A stretch of DNA of 64,000 nucleotides from a bacterium (lineage in GTDB: Bacteria > Zhuqueibacterota > Zhuqueibacteria > Oceanimicrobiales > Oceanimicrobiaceae): the NCBI GenBank assembly GCA_046757025.1, contig JBHHXN010000005.1, positions 1-64,000 on the forward strand, in the 5' to 3' direction. A program made the position numbers and the translations under genes. This document shows positions 18,842 to 29,993 of this stretch, one piece after another; within the stretch, counting starts at the first letter, position 1, and every line of letters starts with the position of its first letter. Under the pieces are notes generated by a model. That model had not been told where the DNA came from. It ran no database searches and saw only the letters and a list, made by a program, of their open reading frames with translations.

Positions 18842-18870
18842 TTGACAAATTTAAAAAATTGTTGTATAAT
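18842..18870 (+). promoter_or_regulatory. Consensus sigma70 promoter of the yicC-gmk-rpoZ operon
   Basis: TTGACA-17bp-TATAAT. Confidence 0.75.
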
Positions 18871-18983
18871 GTAAGTCAATTGATTATTGTAACTTAATGT
18901 AGATTTAGTGACGCAATTTTCTGAGTTTTTTATGATTGAATTTACAACTTTTGCAACAATCCAGACAGGATGAGTCGGCAGTT

Positions 18984-19862
18984 ATGATAGCGAGTATGAC
19001 CGGTTTCGGGCGGGGAGAGTATTCAGAAAACGGAATCGATATCCTGATCGAAATTCGTTCTTTGAATCACAGATTTCTGGATCTAGAAATACGAGCTCCG
19101 AAAAATGTGCAGGCATTTGAGCAGGATATTAAAGAGCTGATCAAATCACACGTGGTGCGGGGGCGAATTAGTGCGACCATTACCATTAAGGGTGCGAATG
19201 AACAGAACAGCGGGTTGATGATCGATAAACCGCTGGCGGCTACTTACATTAAGCTTCTGCAGGAGCTGAAACAAGAATTCAATCTGAAAGGGGCACTCGA
19301 GTTAGAGCAGTTGTTGACCTTTCCTGATATCATCACCTTTGAGAATTCAGAAGCTATCACGGAGAATTTGTGGGAACCTCTGAAAAAAACCTTGGAATTG
19401 GCTTTGAATGATTTGAAGGAGATGCGCAACCGTGAAGGGCAGGAAATTAAGAAGGATTTAAAAAAACGTATCAAGGCCATCGATGTCTTCATTCAAAATA
19501 TTGAAAAAACTACCAAAATTAAATCCCAGGAAGATCTAAATAAATTAAAAGAACGCATTGCGGTTCTCGCGCAATCGGAACTTATCGATGAAGGCCGCCT
19601 GGAAATGGAAATCGCATTGTTGGTGGATAAATTGGATGTGACCGAGGAGTGCATTCGATTTAAAAGTCACAACACGCTGTTTTTAGAATTGTTAGAAAAT
19701 GGCACTTCCGAAGGAAGAAAGTTGAATTTTTTATTACAGGAAATGCATCGTGAAGCCAACACCATCGGCGCCAAATGCAATGATGCTCAAATTGCCCACT
19801 GGGTAGTGGATATTAAAGAAGAAGTTGAAAAACTTCGGGAGCAAATACAAAATATCGAGTAA
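18984..19862 (+). CDS. yicC: YicC/YloC family endoribonuclease
   Basis: MIASMTGFGRG, EIRSLNHRFLD, GRKLNFLLQEMHREANTIGAK, REQIQNIE; start adjusted. Confidence 0.93.
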   Translation: MIASMTGFGRGEYSENGIDILIEIRSLNHRFLDLEIRAPKNVQAFEQDIKELIKSHVVRGRISATITIKGANEQNSGLMIDKPLAATYIKLLQELKQEFNLKGALELEQLLTFPDIITFENSEAITENLWEPLKKTLELALNDLKEMRNREGQEIKKDLKKRIKAIDVFIQNIEKTTKIKSQEDLNKLKERIAVLAQSELIDEGRLEMEIALLVDKLDVTEECIRFKSHNTLFLELLENGTSEGRKLNFLLQEMHREANTIGAKCNDAQIAHWVVDIKEEVEKLREQIQNIE

Positions 19863-19871
19863 AAGATCATT

Positions 19872-20447
19872 ATGGTAAAGAAGGGCCTTCTAGTTGTCAT
19901 TTCTGCGCCATCCGGCGGCGGGAAAACAACGGTTATTCGGAAGGTACTGGAATCGGGCAACGGCAATTACCAATATTCTATTTCCGCCACCACGCGCACA
20001 CAAAGAACGAATGAACGAAATGGACATGATTATTTATTTATCACCCTGGAGGAATTCAACCAAAAACGACAGAGTGGCGAATTTGTGGAATGGGCCGAAG
20101 TGCACGACAATTATTACGCGACTCCAAAGGCGCAACTTGAAAAATGGCTGAACGAAGGCAAAATCGTGCTTTTAGATCTGGACGTCGATGGTGGACTCGC
20201 AGTAAAGCGAAAATACCGCGATTCTTCGCTATTAATTTTTATTAAGCCGCCTTCTTATCAAAGCCTGGTGCAGCGATTACAAAACAGAAAAACAGAGAAT
20301 CAAGATCAAATTAACAAAAGACTTGAAAGATTCCCCAAAGAAATGGAGAAGTCAAAATATTACGACCATTGTATTGTTAATGAAGATTTAAATACTACCG
20401 TAAATCAAATAATCAAAATAATTGAAAGTCATAATAACAAGGTTTAA
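19872..20447 (+). CDS. gmk: Guanylate kinase
   Basis: SAPSGGGKTT, SISATTR, EWAEVHDNYYAT. Confidence 0.96.
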   Translation: MVKKGLLVVISAPSGGGKTTVIRKVLESGNGNYQYSISATTRTQRTNERNGHDYLFITLEEFNQKRQSGEFVEWAEVHDNYYATPKAQLEKWLNEGKIVLLDLDVDGGLAVKRKYRDSSLLIFIKPPSYQSLVQRLQNRKTENQDQINKRLERFPKEMEKSKYYDHCIVNEDLNTTVNQIIKIIESHNNKV

Positions 20448-20461
20448 CTGGAGGTAAATAC

Positions 20462-20764
20462 ATGATCACCACTTTACCCTTAAGCGAATTTGAAAAGTAT
20501 ACTGACAACATTTATGAGGCCATTATTGTGCTCGCCAAAAGAGCTCGTCAAATCAATGATCAGCAAAAACAGTTGCTGTACAAAGATCAAGAATATGACA
20601 ACTATGATGAGTACGACGACGACGAGTTTGAAGTGAGTGGTGAAAATGAAGATTATATCAAATTACCTAAACCGACCAGTTTGGCCATGGAAGAATTTTT
20701 ATCCGGTCAGCTGGAATTTAAGTATCGTGAAGATGAAACGGAAGAGAAAGAAAAAGCTGGATAG
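20462..20764 (+). CDS. rpoZ: RNA polymerase omega subunit (FCB-type)
   Basis: NIYEAIIVLAKRARQIN, LPKPTSLAMEE; lies between gmk and coaBC. Confidence 0.85.
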   Translation: MITTLPLSEFEKYTDNIYEAIIVLAKRARQINDQQKQLLYKDQEYDNYDEYDDDEFEVSGENEDYIKLPKPTSLAMEEFLSGQLEFKYREDETEEKEKAG

Positions 20765-20773
20765 GATTTTACA

Positions 20774-22003
20774 GTGAATCTGAAAGCAAAAAAGATCGCC
20801 CTGGGCATCACGGGCAGCATTGCCGCATATAAAGCTTGTGCAGTCGTCCGGGAGCTGAAAAGAGCGGGCCACGAGGTGCGGGTTGCCATGACGGCGTCTG
20901 CACAAAAATTTGTGTCAGCATTAACCTTTGCTACACTTTCCGAGAATCCCGTGATGAACGCTTTGTTTGAAGAAACGGAAAAAGTGGGCGTGGTGCACAT
21001 CGACCTGGCGCGCTGGTGCGATGCCTTTCTGGTGTGCCCGGCTACGGCCAATATTCTGAGCAAAGTGGCGAACGGGGTGGCTGATGAAATGGTTTCCACT
21101 ACCATCATGGCGACCAAATCGCCCGTCATCTTCTGTCCGGCCATGAACACCGCGATGTGGGAAAATGCCTTGGTGCAAGAAAATGTCGAAAAGCTCCTGA
21201 AACATGGCTATGAATTCGTGGACCCCGAGTGGGGAGAAATGGCCACGCAGGCTGAAGGGGAGGGGGCCGGGCGGTTGGCTGAAACCTCGCACATCCTTCA
21301 AAAATTGAAATATATTCTATTCGCTTCGAAAGAATTAGACGGGAAAAAGGTGCTGGTAACCGCTGGCGCAACTCGGGAAGCCATCGATCCCGTTCGATTT
21401 ATCAGCAACCACTCTTCCGGAAAAATGGGATTTGCCTTGGCTGAAGCCGCAAAATTAAAAGGCGCCGAGGTGGTTCTGGTTGCCGGCGCCACTCAATTGC
21501 CCAAACCGTACGGAATAAAATATCGGCAAGTCACCACGGTAGATGAAATGAAACAAGCTGTGGAAGAAGAATATCAAAACACGGATATTCTCATCATGGC
21601 TGCGGCTGTTTCCGATTACAAACCGGCGACGATTTCGAACCACAAAATAAAAAAGTCCGACTCGAAATTTCAGCTTCATTTTCAAAAAACGCCGGATGTT
21701 TTAGCCGACCTGGGGAAGCAAAAATTAAATCGCATTCATGTGGGTTTTGCCCTGGAAACAGAAAACAGTGTGGCTAACGCTACCAAAAAACTGCACGCGA
21801 AAAACCTCGATTTAATCGTTCTAAACAATCCTTTAGAACCGGGAGCGGCCTTCGCCAGCGACACCAACATCGTCACCACCATCGATCGCGAGGGTACGGT
21901 GGAGAAAAAGCCGAAAATGCCGAAATCGGAGGTAGCAGAAATAATAATGGACAAAGTCTGTCATTTGTATGATAAAAAATATCGCAGTGCCGCCATCGCG
22001 TGA
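20774..22003 (+). CDS. coaBC: Phosphopantothenoylcysteine decarboxylase/synthase
   Basis: [49 protein letters not shown]. Confidence 0.96.
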   Translation: MNLKAKKIALGITGSIAAYKACAVVRELKRAGHEVRVAMTASAQKFVSALTFATLSENPVMNALFEETEKVGVVHIDLARWCDAFLVCPATANILSKVANGVADEMVSTTIMATKSPVIFCPAMNTAMWENALVQENVEKLLKHGYEFVDPEWGEMATQAEGEGAGRLAETSHILQKLKYILFASKELDGKKVLVTAGATREAIDPVRFISNHSSGKMGFALAEAAKLKGAEVVLVAGATQLPKPYGIKYRQVTTVDEMKQAVEEEYQNTDILIMAAAVSDYKPATISNHKIKKSDSKFQLHFQKTPDVLADLGKQKLNRIHVGFALETENSVANATKKLHAKNLDLIVLNNPLEPGAAFASDTNIVTTIDREGTVEKKPKMPKSEVAEIIMDKVCHLYDKKYRSAAIA

Positions 22004-22018
22004 TTGTGAACAAAACCA

Positions 22019-22726
22019 ATGCAGCAACTTGATGAATTAATAAGCCGTACCGAGACATTTTTTAGACAGCAGGCCGAATTATATGGCCGCGAGTTTTATC
22101 TCGATCTGCCTGAACGGGAAGACGCCGGAACGGAATCTTTCGCGACTCTGGCCAGCTTCGGTGAAGCCATTCAAAACTGCCAGAAATGCGGTCTGGCCAA
22201 AAGCCGCACACATTTTGTTTTTGGAACGGGCAACCCTCACGCCAACCTCCTGTGTATTGGCGAAGCGCCAGGGCAGGAGGAGGATCGACTTGGCGAGCCA
22301 TTCGTCGGCGCTGCGGGCGAGCTGCTGAATCGAATTTTGAAGGCCATCGGATTTCAAAGGGAAGAAGTGTACATCGCCAATATTATCAAATGTCGGCCGC
22401 CGGGAAATCGCGATCCCGAGCCGGAAGAAATTTCGCAGTGTATGCCGTATTTGAAACAGCAAATTGCCATGATTCAACCCAGGGTGATCCTGGCGCTGGG
22501 ACGCGTCGCTGCCCAAAATTTATTGAATAGCGCAGAATCGTTGGGAAGCCTGAGAGGGAAATTGCACTATTTTGAAAAAATTCCCGTCATGGTGACGTAC
22601 CATCCAGCTGCGTTATTGAGAAATCCCTCCTGGAAGCGCAGTACCTGGGATGATGTAAAAGAATTGCGTAAATTTTATGATCAGGAAGTGGGCGATAAGC
22701 CCGCGATAAATTATAAAAAATCTTAA
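22019..22726 (+). CDS. Family 4 (Fe-S) uracil-DNA glycosylase
   Basis: [34 protein letters not shown]. Confidence 0.93.
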   Translation: MQQLDELISRTETFFRQQAELYGREFYLDLPEREDAGTESFATLASFGEAIQNCQKCGLAKSRTHFVFGTGNPHANLLCIGEAPGQEEDRLGEPFVGAAGELLNRILKAIGFQREEVYIANIIKCRPPGNRDPEPEEISQCMPYLKQQIAMIQPRVILALGRVAAQNLLNSAESLGSLRGKLHYFEKIPVMVTYHPAALLRNPSWKRSTWDDVKELRKFYDQEVGDKPAINYKKS

Positions 22727-22732
22727 ACAGCT

Positions 22733-24121
22733 GTGAAGAAAAAAGCCGAAAAAGAAATTCAAGTTGATCGCATGCCGCCGCAGGCCGTCGATGCGGAAAT
22801 GGCGGTACTGGGTTCCATGCTTATCGCCAAGGACGCCGTCAACAAAAGCATCGAAATACTGGATGACTCGGCCTTTTATAAATCTGCTCATCAGAAAATA
22901 TTTACCGCGGCTGTGAATCTTTATGAACGCAGCACCGAGGTCGATTACTTAACCATCACCGACGAATTGGAAAAAATGGGGCAGCTCGAAGAAGTAGGCG
23001 GCGCCTACTACATCACGGAATTGGCCAATCGCGTACCATCCGCTGCCAGTGTGGAATATTACGCGAAAATCGTGCTGGAAAAATCGCTGATGAGAAAGCT
23101 CATCGAAGTGAGTACGGAAATCATCGCCGAGGCTTATGAGTCGAGAGAAGATGTGGTGGATATCATCGATTCCGCGGAGAGAAAGATTTTCAGCATTTCG
23201 GAAAAGAAACTGCGCAAGGGATTTCAACAAATTCATCCCATTTTGTCCAACACCTTTGACGTCATCGATAGCTACCACAAACGTAAAGGCAGCGTCACCG
23301 GTGTTCCCACTGGTTTCAAAAGACTGGACGCCATGACTTCAGGTTTTCAAAATTCGGATCTGATCATCATTGCGGGCAGACCGTCCATGGGCAAAACCGC
23401 TTTTTGTTTGAACATCGCGAGAAATGCCGCAGTGGATTACGAAGTGCCGGTGGGCATATTCAGTCTTGAAATGTCCAGCACGCAGTTGGCCATGCGCATG
23501 CTGTGCAGCGAGGCGCGCGTGGATGCGCACAAAGTTCGAACCGGCAAATTGCCGGAATCGGACTGGCCTCGGTTGAGCATGAGCGTGGGTAAATTAGCCG
23601 ACGCCCCGATCTATATCGACGATTCCGCCGCGTTGAGTGTTCTGGAGATTCGGGCTAAGGCCCGGCGTTTGAAAGCTGAAAAGGATGTCGGTATGCTCAT
23701 CATCGACTACATGCAGCTCGCGAAAGGGCCCAAGACGGCGGAAAGCCGGCAGATCGAAATTTCGCTGATTTCGCAATCGCTGAAGGCGCTGGCCAAAGAG
23801 CTGGAGATTCCAGTGGTAGCGCTTTCCCAGTTGTCGCGTGCTGTGGAATCGCGCGGCGGCGACCGAAGACCCATTCTGTCGGATTTGCGCGAGTCCGGCG
23901 CCATCGAGCAGGACGCCGATGTGGTGATGTTTATTTATCGCCCAGAGGTGTATGGACCCACAGAGGACCTCGGCATTGCTGAAATCATCATTGCAAAACA
24001 GCGTAACGGCCCGACGGGTACCGAGAAACTGCATTTTCACAAAGATTATGTACGCTTTGTGGATTTGGATCGAGAGCACCAAGATTTTGAAGAGATCTCA
24101 ACTTCGGAGCCTCCATATTAA
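22733..24121 (+). CDS. dnaB: Replicative DNA helicase
   Basis: GRPSMGKT, FSLEMS, IIDYMQL, LSDLRESGAIEQDAD, KQRNGPTG; no intein. Confidence 0.98.
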   Translation: MKKKAEKEIQVDRMPPQAVDAEMAVLGSMLIAKDAVNKSIEILDDSAFYKSAHQKIFTAAVNLYERSTEVDYLTITDELEKMGQLEEVGGAYYITELANRVPSAASVEYYAKIVLEKSLMRKLIEVSTEIIAEAYESREDVVDIIDSAERKIFSISEKKLRKGFQQIHPILSNTFDVIDSYHKRKGSVTGVPTGFKRLDAMTSGFQNSDLIIIAGRPSMGKTAFCLNIARNAAVDYEVPVGIFSLEMSSTQLAMRMLCSEARVDAHKVRTGKLPESDWPRLSMSVGKLADAPIYIDDSAALSVLEIRAKARRLKAEKDVGMLIIDYMQLAKGPKTAESRQIEISLISQSLKALAKELEIPVVALSQLSRAVESRGGDRRPILSDLRESGAIEQDADVVMFIYRPEVYGPTEDLGIAEIIIAKQRNGPTGTEKLHFHKDYVRFVDLDREHQDFEEISTSEPPY

Positions 24122-24124
24122 AAA

Positions 24125-26281
24125 ATGAACAACGGTTATAAAAATACCTTCAACGAGCTGTTGCGAAAGTTGAAAAAGTACAGTCCGAATTCAGATGCGG
24201 CGCTGCTACACCTGGCTTTCGATTTTGGCTCGGAGGCGCACAAAGATCAATTGCGCAAATCGGGCGAACCGTATTTTATACACTGCCTGGAAGTGGCGAA
24301 AATTTTAACGGAATTAAAATTGGACGCCAAAACCGTCGCCGGCGGATTGCTGCACGATGTAGTGGAAGACACCGGTGTTCGCATCGAAGAAGTTGAGGAA
24401 AAGTTTGGCGCCGATGTGGCTTTACTGGTGGACGGCGTCACCAAAATCAGCGAGCTGCGATTTGAAAGCCTAGAAGAAAGGCAAGCAGAAAATTTCCGCA
24501 AGATGATCATTTCCATGGTCAAAGATATTCGCGTGATTTTGATCAAATTCGCCGACCGTTTGCACAACATGCGAACCATTGAATATCTGCCCGAAAAAAA
24601 GCGCAAGCGTATCGCCATCGAAACCCGCGACGTTTATGCGCCGTTGGCTCATCGGCTGGGAATTGCAAAAATTAAATGGGAGCTGGAAGATTTAATTTTA
24701 AAAACCTTAGAACCGGACGTTTACTGGGATCTCATGCAAAAGATCTCGGACAAAAGGGAAGAGCGGGAGAAGTACATTCGTAAGGTCACTTCTCCTATCA
24801 AAAAAGAGCTGCGTGAGGCCAACATCAAAGCCACCATCACCGGGCGTCCAAAGCATTTTTTCAGCATCTACGGTAAAATGAAAAAACGCCAGCTGCCTTT
24901 TGAGGAAATTTACGATTTGCTGGCGATTCGCATCATTGTTCAAAAAATTGAAGAATGCTATTTTGTCCTCGGAATCGTGCACAATCTCTACACGCCCGTG
25001 CACGAAAGGTTTAAAGATTATATTGCCACGCCCAAATCCAATTTTTATCAATCTCTTCACACCACGGTGATCGGGCCGGTCGGGAAAATGGTGGAAATTC
25101 AAATTCGCACCGAAGAGATGCACCGCACCGCCGAAGATGGCATTGCCGCACACTGGCTTTATAAGGAAGGAAAAAGCAAAGAAGACGAGCTGGGTAAGCA
25201 TTTGTCCTGGCTGCGACAGGTGCTGGAATGGCAGCAAGATACAAAAGATCCTTCCGAATTTATGGAAAATTTGCGCATTGAATTGTTTCAGGACGAAGTG
25301 TTTGTCTTTTCTCCTAAAGGGGACTTGTACAAATTGCCGCAGGACTCCACTCCCGTAGATTTTGCGTTTGCGGTGCACACAGAAATTGGATATCATTGTA
25401 TTGGCGCCAAAGTAAACGGTAGAATTGTTCCCATCAGCTCAAAATTGAAAAGCGGCGACTCGGTCGAAATCATTACCTCGCCCAACCAGAAGCCCAACCA
25501 GGACTGGATAAAATTCGTCAAAACTTCCAAAGCACGCAGCAAAATTAAGCGCTGGCTGAAAGAGTCTTTTTTTGAACAGAGTATGAAATTGGGCGAAGAA
25601 ATTTTGGTGAAGCAATTTAAACGCTATAATATCAAAAAGGAAGACATCGATTTAGATGAAATCGCTCAGAGTTTTAATTTTCAAAACGCCAGTCAGCTTT
25701 TTGCCTCCATCGGCAGCGGAGAAACCTCCATTCATTCGGTAATTGGCCGTTTTGCCCCGGAAAAGAATATTGAAATTAAAGATGCCTCGTTATTCAAAAA
25801 ATTTATCAGCCGGGCGCGGGGCAAAGCAAAAGGCGTTCGTGTGCAGGGAATCGACAATTTGATGATCACGTTCGGACGCTGCTGTCAGCCCGTACCGGGC
25901 GACAATATTCTGGGTTTCATCACAAAAGGCCGTGGGATTGTGGTTCACCGCAACGATTGTAAAAATATCATCAACTTGATCGAGAATCCGGACCGCACAA
26001 TCGAGGTTGAGTGGGATGTGGAAAAGGACAAACATTTCATGGTTCGATTGAAGATGATCGGCGAAGACCGGCGAAATTTTTTGCGCGATGTGTCAGAATC
26101 GATTTCACAAACCGATACCAACATCGTCAAAATTGAAATGAAATCTCAGGATACCTTGGTTCAGAGCAGTATCATTTTAGAAGTCAGAAATTTGCAGCAT
26201 CTAACAAAAATAATCAAAAAACTAACACAGGTTAAAGGAGTGATGAGTGTCGAAAGGTTAAATGGAGCCATTGAAGGTTAA
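24125..26281 (+). CDS. rel: Bifunctional (p)ppGpp synthetase/hydrolase (long RSH)
   Basis: Intact HD motif (LLHDVVED), ADRLHNMRT, RFKDYI, YQSLHTT, TGS, CCQPVPGD, ACT. Confidence 0.95.
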   Translation: MNNGYKNTFNELLRKLKKYSPNSDAALLHLAFDFGSEAHKDQLRKSGEPYFIHCLEVAKILTELKLDAKTVAGGLLHDVVEDTGVRIEEVEEKFGADVALLVDGVTKISELRFESLEERQAENFRKMIISMVKDIRVILIKFADRLHNMRTIEYLPEKKRKRIAIETRDVYAPLAHRLGIAKIKWELEDLILKTLEPDVYWDLMQKISDKREEREKYIRKVTSPIKKELREANIKATITGRPKHFFSIYGKMKKRQLPFEEIYDLLAIRIIVQKIEECYFVLGIVHNLYTPVHERFKDYIATPKSNFYQSLHTTVIGPVGKMVEIQIRTEEMHRTAEDGIAAHWLYKEGKSKEDELGKHLSWLRQVLEWQQDTKDPSEFMENLRIELFQDEVFVFSPKGDLYKLPQDSTPVDFAFAVHTEIGYHCIGAKVNGRIVPISSKLKSGDSVEIITSPNQKPNQDWIKFVKTSKARSKIKRWLKESFFEQSMKLGEEILVKQFKRYNIKKEDIDLDEIAQSFNFQNASQLFASIGSGETSIHSVIGRFAPEKNIEIKDASLFKKFISRARGKAKGVRVQGIDNLMITFGRCCQPVPGDNILGFITKGRGIVVHRNDCKNIINLIENPDRTIEVEWDVEKDKHFMVRLKMIGEDRRNFLRDVSESISQTDTNIVKIEMKSQDTLVQSSIILEVRNLQHLTKIIKKLTQVKGVMSVERLNGAIEG

Positions 26282-26395
26282 AATTTATCAAAGATAACCA
26301 GCGGTAAATAGTGGTGTAGTTAGTACCTTTTTTTCATCTAAAAATCGTAAATAAAATTATGAACCTCAATTCAAACACAGAGAGGAGTGGAATAA

Positions 26396-26716
26396 ATGAA
26401 AAAAACAATCACAAAAAAAGATGTCGCAAAAAGAACGGCAAAATTGGTTGGCGAAAAAATTTATTTAGCAGAAAAAATAGTGGATGGAGTTTTTACATCC
26501 TTGCGAGAATTTATGGCTGAGGCGCAACCCGAGGTTCGCATCGAGATTCGTGATTTTGGCGTTTTTGAAGTTAAAACCACTAAACCGAAACCCAAGGCTC
26601 GCAATCCGAAAACCGGTGAGATTATTTATGTACCAGCAAGGCGCAAAACGCATTTTAAAGCTGGCAAACTGTTAAAAGATGTGTTAAAAACTCCTCTCGA
26701 TGAAATTTCTTCATAG
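26396..26716 (+). CDS. HU/IHF family DNA-binding protein (IHF-beta-like)
   Basis: RIEIRDFGVFEV, ARNPKTGE, HFKAGK. Confidence 0.9.
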   Translation: MKKTITKKDVAKRTAKLVGEKIYLAEKIVDGVFTSLREFMAEAQPEVRIEIRDFGVFEVKTTKPKPKARNPKTGEIIYVPARRKTHFKAGKLLKDVLKTPLDEISS

Positions 26717-26750
26717 TAATTTTTTCAAAATTAAAATGGAGCACTTTACT

Positions 26751-26781
26751 AAAACCGTTAGGGAATTCCCTGGCGGTTTTT
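26751..26781 (+). terminator. Intrinsic terminator
   Basis: aaaaccgttaggg/ccctggcggtttt hairpin. Confidence 0.6.
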
Positions 26782-26799
26782 AATTTATTTCAACCGTTC

Positions 26800-27237
26800 A
26801 TGAAAGTAAACAGAATACTGGCCATAGATTATGGAACCAAAAGAATGGGTTTGGCCATGAGTGACCCACTGGGCATCCTTGCGCAAAGACTGCCGACCAT
26901 CCACTACCGGCAGCTTTCGGAAGCTCTGGAAGAAATCGGAAAAATTGTGAGCGAAAATTCGGTTTCTCAGATAATCGTTGGCAACCCCATTTCTTTGAAC
27001 GGCGCCGCCAATCGCACCGCCCAAAAAGCGCACGAGTTTTCGCGGATTCTTCAGGAGAAAGTGAACTTACCTGTGAAGCTCTGGGATGAACGATTGACCA
27101 GCGTTCAATCCGAACGGGCGATGATTGAAATGGGGGAATCTCCGGGTCGAAACAAGGCTAAAATTGACCAGTTGGCTGCGCTATTTTTACTGCAGAATTA
27201 TTTGGATTCCAGGCAGCATTCAAAAAGTACACAATAA
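26800..27237 (+). CDS. ruvX: RuvX/YqgF pre-16S rRNA nuclease
   Basis: RILAIDYGTKRMGLAMSD, WDERLTS, IDQLAA..LLQ.YL. Confidence 0.93.
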   Translation: MKVNRILAIDYGTKRMGLAMSDPLGILAQRLPTIHYRQLSEALEEIGKIVSENSVSQIIVGNPISLNGAANRTAQKAHEFSRILQEKVNLPVKLWDERLTSVQSERAMIEMGESPGRNKAKIDQLAALFLLQNYLDSRQHSKSTQ

Positions 27238-27247
27238 TATATTTGAC

Positions 27248-28264
27248 ATGGATGACAAAATAAAACTTGGCCTGATCGGAGCAGGTGCGGTAGCTCAAAT
27301 AACACACATCCCAATCTGGCAAAAACTCGATGAGGTAGAGCTGGTGGCGGTCTGTGATACCCAGAAGAACAAGGCGAAATGGGTGGCTGAAAAATACAAC
27401 ATCCCAAACGTGTTCGACGATGGAGATGATTTTTTAAAATTGGAGGAAATGCATGCAGTCGATGTGTGCACCCCCACACAAAGTCACATGCAAAACGTCA
27501 TGGCGGCGCTGTCCAGCGACCGGCACGTGATCGTTGAAAAACCCATGGCCTTGAATTACTCTGAATCGAAGACAATGGTGGAAGCTGCTCAAAAGTACGA
27601 AAAGATGTTGATGGTTGCCATGAATGTACGCTTTCGCCAGGACGCCATTATTTTGAAGAGTTTCACAAAAAATAATGAATTGGGAGAAATCTTTTATTGC
27701 AAAGCCGGCTGGCTGCAAAAAAAAGAAAAATATATTCAGCGTAACTGGTTTGCGCAAAAAGAGATTTCAGGCGGCGGTGTGATTATGGATTTGGGGATTC
27801 AAATGCTGGATGTCGGCTTGTGGCTGATGGGCAATCCCAGGGCTGAGAATGTGAAAGCAGCAACTTTTAATCAGTCCGCGAAGTTAAATGTCGAAGACGC
27901 AGCGGTGGCTTTTATCGGACTTCAAAATGGCGCCACCCTGACTGTCGAAGTGAGCTGGACATTATTATCCGACAAAGATTTATTTTATGCGAACTTTTTT
28001 GGCACCGGCGGCGGGGCGCTCTTAAACCCCCTGAGGATCCACAAAGAATTGCACGGAAATTTAGTGAACGTTTCACCCTCGAGGTCGGAGTCCAGAGCTA
28101 ATTTGTACAAAAAGTCTTATGAAAACGAAATGAAGCACTTTATCACGTGCATTAGAGAGAAAAGCGTACTGTCTTCCAGCGGTGCAGAAAATCTGGATCG
28201 AATGCGGATTGTGGATGCCATCTATGAATCCGCACGCAGCGGCCGGGAAGTTATCTTAAAATGA
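27248..28264 (+). CDS. Gfo/Idh/MocA family oxidoreductase
   Basis: GLIGAGAVA, HVIVEKPMA, SGGGVIMDLGIQMLD; start adjusted to ATG 27248. Confidence 0.9.
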   Translation: MDDKIKLGLIGAGAVAQITHIPIWQKLDEVELVAVCDTQKNKAKWVAEKYNIPNVFDDGDDFLKLEEMHAVDVCTPTQSHMQNVMAALSSDRHVIVEKPMALNYSESKTMVEAAQKYEKMLMVAMNVRFRQDAIILKSFTKNNELGEIFYCKAGWLQKKEKYIQRNWFAQKEISGGGVIMDLGIQMLDVGLWLMGNPRAENVKAATFNQSAKLNVEDAAVAFIGLQNGATLTVEVSWTLLSDKDLFYANFFGTGGGALLNPLRIHKELHGNLVNVSPSRSESRANLYKKSYENEMKHFITCIREKSVLSSSGAENLDRMRIVDAIYESARSGREVILK

Positions 28265-28929
28265 AAAAGAACTATCTAATCTTTGTTCTGTCAACGGGCT
28301 TGCTGTTCACCTTAGCCTTTTCTGCGCTCAGGATTGGATTTTTTGCGTACTGGTGCCTGGTGCCTTTCTTTTACATGATAGAAAATTTAAAATTAAAGGA
28401 CGCGTTGTACTGGAGTTATTTGACAGGTTTATTTGTCAGCATCGGGGCATTGGGCCAATTCCACTCCGCAACCATCATTGGTTCGTTGATATTAGCCTTA
28501 ATTCATCCGTTATATTTTTCTGTTTTCGCTTTAATACAGGTGTTTTTATTTCAGCGCTGGCAGCGACGCGCTTTTTGGGCAGCGCCATTTCTCTGGGTAG
28601 GAATTGAATATTTGAAAGGTCTGAATGCGGTCGGTATGAACGGCTTATTTTTAGGATTAACGCACTCGCCTCAAATTTCCTTTGTGCGATCGGATTTTTT
28701 CTTAAATATTTTGTTGATTTCATTCTGGCTGGTTTTATTAAATGTATTAATCTTCCGGATGCTGACAGAATTGATGCATAAAACTCGCGTGTTGACCTTT
28801 CTGGCCGTTACCATTGGACTTTTTGCCTTGCCCTGGTATTTTAAAAACACAGACAAACCGGATATCGATAAATTTAACGACAGCATTGAAGCGGAATCGG
28901 TACCAACTTATAAATATTCCTTTAATTAA
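28261..28929 (+). CDS. Membrane protein resembling only the N-terminal TM region of apolipoprotein N-acyltransferase
   Basis: GLLFTLAF..FFAYWCLVPF, P.LWVGIEYLK..LG.T pattern; no nitrilase domain. Confidence 0.6.
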   Translation: MKKNYLIFVLSTGLLFTLAFSALRIGFFAYWCLVPFFYMIENLKLKDALYWSYLTGLFVSIGALGQFHSATIIGSLILALIHPLYFSVFALIQVFLFQRWQRRAFWAAPFLWVGIEYLKGLNAVGMNGLFLGLTHSPQISFVRSDFFLNILLISFWLVLLNVLIFRMLTELMHKTRVLTFLAVTIGLFALPWYFKNTDKPDIDKFNDSIEAESVPTYKYSFN

Positions 28930-28940
28930 CCGACTGATTT

Positions 28941-29993
28941 ATGGTTAAACGAATGCCGATTAAAATAAATCACAAAATCTTCATTGCTTTCATTATTTTG
29001 ATGGGTTTGGTGGTAGCAGCGCTGGCTCAGGAAGATCAGTATTTTACTTTAAATACCGTAAATGCTAGGCCGTTAGCCATGGGAGGGGCTTTTATGGCCG
29101 TGGGGGACGACTTACCTGCCATTAATTTTAACCCCGCTGGTTATATGTTGGATAAAGACGAAGATAGCCGGCGTTTTACCTTTTATGTAAATCCAATGGC
29201 GTCGTTTTTAGGCGTCATCGATCGCAAAGATCTTTTCAAGGGCAGCGGTTCTAAAATCGATGATATTTTGCTTTCCACCGGTTTGTTGCTTAAAGCGTTG
29301 TCTATGCGGGTGAAATCGTTTGAAGTGGGCTTGCTGTTGGGTGAACAAAATTTGAGATTGCCAGACGCTTTTACATCCGAGCGATTCGTGGAAGCGACAG
29401 GCTACCGTCAGAACCATTCGCATTCCATCGTCGGCAGGCTGCGGCTTGCTGAAAAAGTCTCTTTGGGAGGAACCGTGAGTATTGTGGTTGGCAGCCGGGA
29501 GAACGATCCGTTTGCGAGAATTAGCGACCTTGGCATCAGTTATGGCATTATTTTGAAACCGGCAAATAAATTAAAAGTGGGAGTTTCTTTTGTCAATTTG
29601 CCGGATTCCATTAAACATTATCGGGAAGATCTTGAGCGTATCGTTGATGAATCGGTGAATATAGGGCTTTCGTATCGATTGTTCGACGGTACGCTGCTGG
29701 CGTTTGATATGCGAAATTTAGGCGAGGATGACGAGGCGGCGGTGCGCGAATTCCATTTTGGTGCCGAACAGCAAATCATGTCGCAAGTGGCGCTGCGGGC
29801 GGGATATTACAAAAAAAGTACCGGTGAGCACGTCATCAGTGGCGGCATCGGACTTTTGAATTTACGTCAATTTATGGAATTCAAGTCTAACTCGATCATA
29901 AAAAATTATTGTTTAAATTATAGTTTTATTTATGAAAAGTCAGCGCTGGTTGAAAAAAGATGGCATTTGTTCACGGTTGTTTTCAAAATATAA
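28941..29993 (+). CDS. Outer-membrane beta-barrel, PorV/FadL-like
   Basis: NARPLAMGGAF.AV.DD..AINFNPAG; alternating beta strands; aromatic-rich C-terminus. Confidence 0.65.
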   Translation: MVKRMPIKINHKIFIAFIILMGLVVAALAQEDQYFTLNTVNARPLAMGGAFMAVGDDLPAINFNPAGYMLDKDEDSRRFTFYVNPMASFLGVIDRKDLFKGSGSKIDDILLSTGLLLKALSMRVKSFEVGLLLGEQNLRLPDAFTSERFVEATGYRQNHSHSIVGRLRLAEKVSLGGTVSIVVGSRENDPFARISDLGISYGIILKPANKLKVGVSFVNLPDSIKHYREDLERIVDESVNIGLSYRLFDGTLLAFDMRNLGEDDEAAVREFHFGAEQQIMSQVALRAGYYKKSTGEHVISGGIGLLNLRQFMEFKSNSIIKNYCLNYSFIYEKSALVEKRWHLFTVVFKI

